Assembly: GCA_937920515.1 (NCBI GenBank)
Contig: CALEUG010000015.1
Coordinates: 71,382-135,381 of the forward strand
Origin: an uncultured bacterium
GTDB lineage: Bacteria > Acidobacteriota > Aminicenantia > Aminicenantales > Saccharicenantaceae
Length of the DNA stretch: 64,000 nucleotides
Direction: 5' to 3'
Part shown: one piece after another, positions 57,333 to 64,000 of the stretch
Layout: every line of letters starts with the position of its first letter
Position numbering within the stretch: position 1 is the first letter of the stretch
Notes under the pieces: generated by a model
Database searches by the model: none
Seen by the model: only the letters and a program-made list of their open reading frames with translations
What the model was told of the DNA's origin: nothing
Program-made: the position numbers and the translations under genes

Positions 57333-59858
57333 ATGCTTCAAGAAATAAGAGTGCGCAAGGCGGCCCAGCACAACCTCAAAAAAATTGACGTGAAGTTGCC
57401 CCGGAACCGCCTGGTCATCATCACCGGGCCCAGCGGCTCGGGCAAATCTTCGCTGGCTTTCGACACCCTGTTTGCCGAGGGACAGCGAAGATACATTGAG
57501 TGCCTGTCAGCCTACGCCAGGCAGTTTATAGAACAGCTGGAAAAGCCGGAAGTGGAATCCATCGAGGGCCTGTCCCCGGCCATTTCAGTGGACCAGAAAA
57601 CCATATCTTTCAACCCCCGGTCGACCGTTGGCACCATAACTGAAATTTACGACCTGATGCGCCTCCTTTATGCCCGGCTGGGAACCATCTGCTGTCCCGA
57701 CTGCGGGGTGCCGGTCACTGCCAGCAGCCGGGAGCAGATCCTGGAGATGATCGCTTCCAGGTTCTCCGGGCAGAATATAAAAATTCTGGCCCCCGTAATT
57801 CGCGGTCGGAAAGGCGAGTACCAGCAGTTGCTCGAGAAATTCAGAAAAAGGGGTTTCCTCAAGGCCCGCATTGACGGCAACCTGCGTGACCTGGAAGAGA
57901 AGATCAGCCTGGATAAGAACAGAAAACACAACATCGAAATTCTGGTGGACGAATTGAAAATGGAAACCCGGAACGAACCTCGCTTCCAGGAAGCCGTGGA
58001 GAAGAGCCTGGAGATGTCCGAAGGGGGTGTGCTGGTGCTGGAGTCCTCAGGCCAGGAATCTTATTTCTCCAGAAAGCTGGCCTGCCCCTCCTGCGGCCGC
58101 AGTTTCCAGCCGCTGGAACCCAGGAATTTTTCCTTCAACAGCCCGTACGGGGCCTGCTCCCGTTGCCACGGCCTGGGCTACCTGACCACTCTTAATGAGT
58201 GGGGCGAAGTGGAGTTGACGCCCGACCTGTGCCCGGATTGCCGGGGCCAGAGGCTGAAGAAGGAAAGCCTCTGGGTTAAAATTGATGGCCTTAACATCCA
58301 TGAGCTGGCCTCGCTCGATGTGGAACGCCTGCTGAAAAGAATTGAAAAGCTGAGCTTTCCCGGCCAGGTCCAGGCTGTGGCCGAGAGAATATTGAAGGAA
58401 GTTAAAGAGCGGCTGCTGGTGATGAAGGAACTCGGCCTGTCCTACCTTGATCTCAACCGGACAGGCTCCTCACTGTCGGGCGGGGAGGCCCAGAGAATCA
58501 GGCTGGCCGCCCAGGTTGGTTCCAGGCTTCGCGGTATTCTCTACGTGCTGGATGAACCGACCATCGGCCTGCACCAGCGTGATAATGGCCGGCTGATAAG
58601 GTTGCTGCAGCAACTCCGGGACGCCGGGAATTCCATAGTTGTGGTTGAGCACGACGAGCAGACCATCCGTTCGGCCGATTATCTGATTGACCTGGGCCCG
58701 GGAGCCGGGGAAAACGGCGGCCGGGTGGTGGCCTCCGGTCCCCTGCAGGTTATCCTGGAATCAAGAGACTCCCTGACCGCCCAGTATTTGCGCGGGGAAA
58801 AGTCTGTTCCGGTTCCGGCAGCGCGCCGGAACCCTTCGGGCTGGCTCACCATCCGCGGAGCGGCCGAGCACAACCTTAAGAACATCGATGTCAGTTTTCC
58901 CCTGGGGGTGATGACGGCCGTAACCGGGGTGTCCGGGTCCGGCAAGAGCAGCCTGGTTTACGATGTTCTTTACCGGGCCCTGTTGAAAAAATTTTACCGG
59001 GCCAAAGTACAGTCCGGAAAATACAGGGCTCTGGAAGGGCTGGAGAACATAGACAAGGTGGTCTCGGTTGACCAGAAACCAATAGGCCGGACACCGCGGT
59101 CCAACCCGGCCACCTATACCGGGATTTTCGGACATCTGCGCCAGCTTTTTTCCCTGACCACCGAGGCCCGCCGGAAGGGATACCGCCCCGGACGTTTCAG
59201 TTTCAACGTCCACGGCGGACGATGCGAGGATTGCCAGGGAGCCGGGGTGAAGAAGGTTGAAATGCATTTTCTGCCCGATGTTTATGTCACCTGCGACCGC
59301 TGCCACGGCCGCAGGTACAACAAGGAAACTCTGGCCGTAACTTACCGCGGGAAAAACATCGCCGATTTTCTGGACATGACGGTGGATGAAGCCTTTGAGC
59401 TGCTCAGGGCTCACCCCTCTCTACGGCGGAAGCTGGAACTGTTGAAGCAGGTGGGACTTGGCTATCTCAGGCTGGGCCAGCCGGCACCACAGCTGTCGGG
59501 CGGAGAAGCCCAGAGAATCAAGCTTACCCGGGAGCTCAGCCGCCGCGACACCGGAAAGACACTATATCTCCTGGATGAACCAACCACCGGTCTCCATTTC
59601 GACGACGTCAGCAAGCTGCTGAAAGTGCTGGAACGTCTGGTAGAAATGGGCAACACGGTGGTCATCATCGAGCATAACCTTGAAGTTATTAAGTATTGCG
59701 ATTACATTATTGACCTGGGACCGGAGGGCGGAGAAGCCGGCGGGGAGGTGGTTGCGACCGGGCGACCGGAAGAAGTGGCCCGGGTGGAAAAATCCCACAC
59801 CGGCCGTTATCTCCGCCAGGTGCTCTTTTCTGGTATTCACGACGGGTTGAGAGGATAG
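57333..59858 (+). CDS. uvrA: Excinuclease ABC subunit A (short form lacking the insertion domain)
   Basis: Two ABC cassettes (GPSGSGKSS / GVSGSGKSS), zinc modules and a UvrB-binding-like segment are present. Only about 15 residues separate CSRCHGLGY from CPDCRGQRL, where E. coli UvrA has its ~105-aa insertion domain. 841 aa, versus 940 aa for E. coli UvrA. Confidence 0.85.
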   Translation: MLQEIRVRKAAQHNLKKIDVKLPRNRLVIITGPSGSGKSSLAFDTLFAEGQRRYIECLSAYARQFIEQLEKPEVESIEGLSPAISVDQKTISFNPRSTVGTITEIYDLMRLLYARLGTICCPDCGVPVTASSREQILEMIASRFSGQNIKILAPVIRGRKGEYQQLLEKFRKRGFLKARIDGNLRDLEEKISLDKNRKHNIEILVDELKMETRNEPRFQEAVEKSLEMSEGGVLVLESSGQESYFSRKLACPSCGRSFQPLEPRNFSFNSPYGACSRCHGLGYLTTLNEWGEVELTPDLCPDCRGQRLKKESLWVKIDGLNIHELASLDVERLLKRIEKLSFPGQVQAVAERILKEVKERLLVMKELGLSYLDLNRTGSSLSGGEAQRIRLAAQVGSRLRGILYVLDEPTIGLHQRDNGRLIRLLQQLRDAGNSIVVVEHDEQTIRSADYLIDLGPGAGENGGRVVASGPLQVILESRDSLTAQYLRGEKSVPVPAARRNPSGWLTIRGAAEHNLKNIDVSFPLGVMTAVTGVSGSGKSSLVYDVLYRALLKKFYRAKVQSGKYRALEGLENIDKVVSVDQKPIGRTPRSNPATYTGIFGHLRQLFSLTTEARRKGYRPGRFSFNVHGGRCEDCQGAGVKKVEMHFLPDVYVTCDRCHGRRYNKETLAVTYRGKNIADFLDMTVDEAFELLRAHPSLRRKLELLKQVGLGYLRLGQPAPQLSGGEAQRIKLTRELSRRDTGKTLYLLDEPTTGLHFDDVSKLLKVLERLVEMGNTVVIIEHNLEVIKYCDYIIDLGPEGGEAGGEVVATGRPEEVARVEKSHTGRYLRQVLFSGIHDGLRG

Positions 59859-59864
59859 CGCTGG

Positions 59865-60860
59865 ATGAGTTTCAGGGACATCCGGGGTAACGACCAGGTA
59901 AAGCAGATCTTGAAGCTTGCCCTGAGCAAGGGCCGGTTGCCCAGCTCCCTGCTGTTCTTCGGGCCGGCCGGCACGGGTAAGCTGAAAACGGCCCTGACCG
60001 TGGCCAAGGCCTTGAACTGCCTGGAGAAGGCCGATGATTCCTGCGACCGCTGCGATTCCTGTTTGCGGATAGAACGGGGTCAGCACCCCAACGTCCGGGT
60101 TATTACCCGGGAAAAGAACCGCGAGCAGATTGTTAAAGAACAGATTGAAGAAGTAAATTACCTGGCCACTCTACGACCCTGGTCCCGGGGGCGCCTGGTC
60201 TTCATCATAGACGAAGCCGAGCGCATGAACGAAACCGTGGCCAACTCACTCCTGAAAACGCTGGAAGAGCCGCGGGCCTTTGCCTGTTTCATCCTGGTCA
60301 CCGAAGACCTGCAGCTCATCCTGCCGACCATCCGCTCCCGCTGTCAGGTGCTGAGATTCAATCCCCTCAGCCAGGAAGAGGTGGAAAGAGCACTGGTCGA
60401 CCGTGGTTTTCAGACCGAAAGGGCCAGGTTTCTGGCCCAGTCCTCAGAAGGAGACCTGGAGTCAGTGCTGGAAACAAACTGGGAAGAGTTTCTGTCCGAA
60501 AGAAACCGGGCCTGGCAGCTCTTCCAGCAACTCCTGGTGGGGCGCGAGTCCGAAGATTTCCTCGGCCTGCTGGCCGGAAGAGCCAGGAAGGATGCCCTGT
60601 CCGGGTTCCGGGCAACCCTGAAGTTTTTTTCTGTCTTTTTTCGAGACCTGCTGGTGATTAAGACAGGCCGGCCTGAACTTCTGCTTAACCCGGACCTCGG
60701 CCCGGAACTGGAAAAATTATCAGGGCTGGTTCCCGCCGATAAAGCCAGTCTGGCCATCTGTCAGGTGCAGGATTACCTCGGGCGCTTAAAGAATAATCCG
60801 AATTTGGCTATAATGGGTAATGAACTTGCAATTTTCTTTAGAGAGATCAGAAATGACTGA
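59865..60860 (+). CDS. holB: DNA polymerase III delta-prime subunit
   Basis: AAA+ P-loop GPAGTGK, a zinc module (CDRCDSC) and SRC. Confidence 0.85.
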   Translation: MSFRDIRGNDQVKQILKLALSKGRLPSSLLFFGPAGTGKLKTALTVAKALNCLEKADDSCDRCDSCLRIERGQHPNVRVITREKNREQIVKEQIEEVNYLATLRPWSRGRLVFIIDEAERMNETVANSLLKTLEEPRAFACFILVTEDLQLILPTIRSRCQVLRFNPLSQEEVERALVDRGFQTERARFLAQSSEGDLESVLETNWEEFLSERNRAWQLFQQLLVGRESEDFLGLLAGRARKDALSGFRATLKFFSVFFRDLLVIKTGRPELLLNPDLGPELEKLSGLVPADKASLAICQVQDYLGRLKNNPNLAIMGNELAIFFREIRND

Positions 60861-61539
60861 AACTGTGCTCTTGCTGTCGGAGTCCACCGGTAAGATAATC
60901 CGGGCCCTCAGGGGCGAGGAGCCCCTGGAGGTGGGAGATTACTGCCTGGTGGAGTCCGAGTACGGCGGCGACCTGGCCATGGTGATCGACCAGAACAGCG
61001 AACTGGCCCATTGCCCCAGGGCAGCCCGCAGGGCGGTAAGAATAATCAGGAAGGCCACCGAAGATGATATAAAAAAATTCAACTGGCTCAGGGACCGGGA
61101 AAAGAAGGCTTTTGAATTCTGTCTGAGCCGGATCAAGGCCCGCAACCTGCCCATGAAGCTGGTGGCGGTACGTTATTTCTTCAACGAGAAGAAAGGTATT
61201 TTTTATTATACGGCCGACGGCCGGATCGACTTCCGCCAGCTGGTCAAGGACCTGGCCAGGGAACTCAGGATGCGGATTGAGATGCGCCAGATCGGGGTCA
61301 GGGACGAAGCCAAGCTGGTGGGCGGGCTGGGTGTCTGCGGCCGCCCGCTGTGCTGTTTTTCTTTCATTAAAAACTTCGAACCCATCACCATCCAGAAAGC
61401 CAGGAAGCAGCAGATTGTGATCAACCCCACCAAGATTTCAGGTCTGTGCGGACGTCTGATGTGCTGTTTGGCTTTTGAAGAAGAAAGTAAAGGACGCCTT
61501 TACATAGAAGAACTTGATAGCGGTTTGATCGAAGATTAG
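60853..61539 (+). CDS. PSP1 C-terminal domain protein (RicT/YaaT-like)
   Basis: GVCGRPLCCFSF...GLCGRLMCCLAFE is PSP1 C-terminal. Conserved holB-ricT adjacency. Start at the ATG at 60853, after GAGAGA. Confidence 0.8.
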   Translation: MTETVLLLSESTGKIIRALRGEEPLEVGDYCLVESEYGGDLAMVIDQNSELAHCPRAARRAVRIIRKATEDDIKKFNWLRDREKKAFEFCLSRIKARNLPMKLVAVRYFFNEKKGIFYYTADGRIDFRQLVKDLARELRMRIEMRQIGVRDEAKLVGGLGVCGRPLCCFSFIKNFEPITIQKARKQQIVINPTKISGLCGRLMCCLAFEEESKGRLYIEELDSGLIED

Positions 61540-61553
61540 CTGCCCGCCCTTGC

Positions 61554-62201
61554 TTACTTAGCGGAAATTTTGAACTGCACCCGGCTGGAAACAGCGATCA
61601 GCGTTCCGTCAGGTCCGAAGGCTTTAACCTGCCAGGAATACTTTTCTCCGGGTATCATCCTAACCTTGACTTCTTCAGGGAGGGTTATCCGGTTCTCTCT
61701 GGTGGTGGCTTTCCACAGGAGCTGACCGTTGAAGATTGAAATCTGGTATTCGATATTTTCGCCCAGCTTTTTCCACTCGAACGAAGAAGGAACCTGGTTC
61801 ATGTCGATGACCGGAGAAATCAGGGTGATGGAAGAACCGCGGACTGTTTCTTCATCGGTCAGGAAGAAATTGGGGGCCGGAGCCTGTCCGCGGGGCAGGA
61901 CGGCAAAAACAATGATCATGACCAGCAGGGCGGTGACCCCGGCGAAAGCCAGCTGCCTGACGGTGAGGAAAGAAGCCAGTTCTCTCCGGATTCCGGACAG
62001 AACCGGGGTCCGTACCTCTTCTTTTTCTTCCAGCAGGGCCGGGTTGTTCTTGATGGTCCGGATGATGACATCTCTTTCCTGGAGCTTCTCGAAGCAGGAA
62101 GAACAGTTGAAGTAGTGTTCTTCGAACGCTTCTTTATCCCCTTCGCTAAGCCTGTTAAGCAGGTACCCATCAATCAGGTCTTCAAACTTGCATTTGCTCA
62201 T
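61554..62201 (-). CDS. Putative zinc-finger (HX3CX2C) anti-sigma factor with TM segment
   Basis: N-terminal EEHYFNCSSCFEK (zf-HC2), a central TM helix and a C-terminal extracytoplasmic domain. Immediately downstream of the ECF sigma gene. Confidence 0.6.
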   Translation of the reverse strand: MSKCKFEDLIDGYLLNRLSEGDKEAFEEHYFNCSSCFEKLQERDVIIRTIKNNPALLEEKEEVRTPVLSGIRRELASFLTVRQLAFAGVTALLVMIIVFAVLPRGQAPAPNFFLTDEETVRGSSITLISPVIDMNQVPSSFEWKKLGENIEYQISIFNGQLLWKATTRENRITLPEEVKVRMIPGEKYSWQVKAFGPDGTLIAVSSRVQFKISAK

Positions 62202-62267
62202 GTTAATATGCCTTCCCTTTTCTTCACCCTTTTAGTCGCCGGAATCAGCCAAAAAATGAAAAAAATT

Positions 62268-62765
62268 TCATGGTTTCAGCTCTTTTCTAATCAGTTTCAG
62301 GGCGTAATTTACCAGCTCGCTGACCTTTCTGGTGGACACCTTCATTCTTTCGGCCACTTCTTCCCGGCTAAGCTCTTGATAATAATATAGATATAGAACT
62401 TCCCGGTACTTGGGCTTAAGCCTGGCCAGGGCTCTTTTGACCTTTTCGGACATCTCGGCCGCCTCCAGGGTTTCCTGGGGGTCGGGGAAAGGAGCTGCCT
62501 CGGGGGCGTATTTCATGACTTTGGTCTTCTCTCTTATATAGTCGACTATCCGGCGCGATGTTATGGTATAAACGAAGGTTCCCAGAGAAGATTCTCCCCT
62601 GAATTCCCCGCTCTGGAGTTTCTCCAGCACCTGGGAAAGTATTTCCGATACCAGGTCTTCGCAATCGATGTTCTTGGCACCCAGGGCTTTACGCACCCGG
62701 AAGGAGATGATCGGCCGGTAGCGGACCATCAGCTCCTGAATATCTTCGTCTACCTTCGGTCGCAT
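62268..62765 (-). CDS. ECF-family RNA polymerase sigma-70 factor
   Basis: Sigma-2 and sigma-4 regions (…ELSREEVAERMKVSTRKV… HTH). Start chosen at MRPKVDED (62765) inside the longer ORF. Confidence 0.75.
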   Translation of the reverse strand: MRPKVDEDIQELMVRYRPIISFRVRKALGAKNIDCEDLVSEILSQVLEKLQSGEFRGESSLGTFVYTITSRRIVDYIREKTKVMKYAPEAAPFPDPQETLEAAEMSEKVKRALARLKPKYREVLYLYYYQELSREEVAERMKVSTRKVSELVNYALKLIRKELKP

Positions 62766-63093
62766 TTCTGAACCTGGCTGCTTTCTTTTAATATAAAATG
62801 AATATAAGTGGTTCTTTGGGAAAAATATCACATCTCCCGCCCCTTTTTCAATTTTTTCTTTTCCGGGGCGACTAATTTTTTGCCCCTTGAGGAAGCGGAG
62901 GGCGTATGACACCAGCAGCCAGAAATGAAAAAATGAAGTTTTTCCGGACAGAAAAATCATTCTGTCGTTACCTGGAGCTACTGGCTCGCAGCCGGGGATA
63001 TGTTCTGGTGGAAACCTCTCCTCTAATCAAGACCAGGACCGGGGCTGCCTCCAGCTCCAGCGGTCTCCAGGACAAGGCGGAAAGGGACAGGTG

Positions 63094-64000
63094 ATGAAAG
63101 AAGACCGCCTGAAGAAAACGGCCGTGGCCGAAACAGGTGAGAAAAAAAATAAGGACAGGTATCTGGCCGGAGTCCAGGGAAATTCCAGGGTAAAGGTCTT
63201 TGACCTGAGCTGGCTCAAGACCAACTGGAATATCCAGGGCTGGGGCCAGGGGGCCTTGGCCCTGTTGAACTCTCCGTACAATTCGCCCTACGCCCTGGCG
63301 AAAATTGAAGCTTTCCTGAAAGCCAGCCGGATACTGGACCGGCTGGAAAACGCTATTCGTCAGGAAGAATTTGTCCGCATCCCCGGGCTGAAACATTTCT
63401 TCTCTAAGGAAAGCCGGTTTTTCAACTCGGAGTTGATTTATTTCCTGGCTGCCACCGATAGCCGGGAGGAGAGCCTCGGCCATTCGCGGTTCGTGGCTGC
63501 CTATACCGTGATGCTGGCCCAGAGCGCCGGTGTCACCAGCCGCCAGGCCCTGCTGGATATCGAGCGGGGTGCCCTGCTCCATGACCTGGGGAAGGTCGGG
63601 ATTCCTGATGACATCCTGCAAAAGAAAGGGCCTCTGGCCTCCGAAGAAATGGAGATAATCAAGTACCATCCGCTGATCGGATTCGCCATGATCGAGGAAT
63701 TCGGCTTTCTGCAGGGGGCGGCGGAAATCGTCCTCTTCCATCATGAAAGGTTTGACGGAACAGGCTATCCCTTTGGCCTCCAGGGCGAGGAAATTCCGCT
63801 GAGCGCCAGGCTCTTTTCTCTGGCCGATACCATCGATGCCATTACCTCGGACCGTCCTTACCGCCGGAGCCGCAGCTTCGAAGAAGCCCTGGAAGAGGTC
63901 AAGCTCTGCAGCGGCACCCAGTTTGACCCGCGCCTGGTAGAGGCGGCCCTGGAAATCCCTCCCGAGAAATGGAGAAAGGTTAAAGAGAAAGTTCTTAAAT
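63094..64000 (+). CDS. HD-GYP domain protein with uncharacterised N-terminal domain; 3' end beyond the window
   Basis: A manual plus-strand translation from the ATG at 63094 gives ...LLHDLGKVGIPDDIL...HHERFDGTGYPFGL (HD...GYP). There is no stop before position 64000, so it is missing from the ORF track; the minus-strand ORF 62968..63744 is its shadow. Confidence 0.8.
   Translation, partial: MKEDRLKKTAVAETGEKKNKDRYLAGVQGNSRVKVFDLSWLKTNWNIQGWGQGALALLNSPYNSPYALAKIEAFLKASRILDRLENAIRQEEFVRIPGLKHFFSKESRFFNSELIYFLAATDSREESLGHSRFVAAYTVMLAQSAGVTSRQALLDIERGALLHDLGKVGIPDDILQKKGPLASEEMEIIKYHPLIGFAMIEEFGFLQGAAEIVLFHHERFDGTGYPFGLQGEEIPLSARLFSLADTIDAITSDRPYRRSRSFEEALEEVKLCSGTQFDPRLVEAALEIPPEKWRKVKEKVLK

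Noticed and set aside
62968-63744. 258-aa minus-strand ORF
   Set aside because: The plus strand here encodes a clear HD-GYP protein (HHERFDGTGYP) starting at 63094 and lacking a stop within the window, so the minus-strand ORF is a shadow.
1-64000. CRISPR arrays, rRNA, tRNA, transposase or integrase genes
   Set aside because: No arrays of evenly spaced direct repeats, no rRNA-like conserved stretches, no tRNA-like sequences and no recombinase motifs were found in any frame. These are searches by eye and could miss degenerate elements.

Overview
This 64-kb window looks like chromosomal DNA from a Gram-negative bacterium, with roughly 60 genes, mostly core housekeeping. Coding GC is well over half by eye; no numeric GC was computed. 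The Gram-negative call rests on complete Tol-Pal, LptB/LptE and Pal/TolB. No rRNA, tRNA, CRISPR array or intact transposase was found.

Recognisable blocks, in order along the window:
- a partial FAD-dependent oxidoreductase and a GT-C membrane glycosyltransferase with TPR repeats
- a small AT-rich island carrying an XRE helix-turn-helix regulator and a frameshifted ImmA/IrrE-type Zn-peptidase
- plsC and two tandem, probably periplasmic, amidohydrolase paralogs
- a ~550-bp AT-rich insertion bounded by perfect 33-bp inverted repeats
- a SAM-I riboswitch driving an archaeal-type S-adenosylmethionine synthetase
- a convergent aspartate aminotransferase fused to an HprK/PSRP-like kinase-fold domain
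- flotillin, a PAS/HD-GYP protein, rph, comEC, an M20 amidohydrolase, a DUF948/YtxH pair and a BtuFCD-like ABC importer
- leuS-lptE-holA, rpsT, dtd, ribBA-ribE-ribD-ftsY, recJ
- a single 607-aa LptC/LptA-like protein, then lptB-rpoN-hpf-ptsN-hprK-rapZ-EIIA(Man)-HPr-EI
- tolQ-tolR-tolA-tolB-pal-ybgF extended by ssb and a cupin gene
- trkH-trkA, a MrfA/YprA-like DUF1998 helicase, a short uvrA lacking the insertion domain, holB and a PSP1/RicT protein
- an ECF sigma/anti-sigma pair and a second (partial) HD-GYP gene

The most unusual content is the aminotransferase-kinase fusion, the bacterial riboswitch on an archaeal-type MAT, the IR-flanked insert, the XRE/ImmA island, the fused Lpt protein and the trimmed UvrA. 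All calls are from reading motifs and gene order by eye; no database search was possible.
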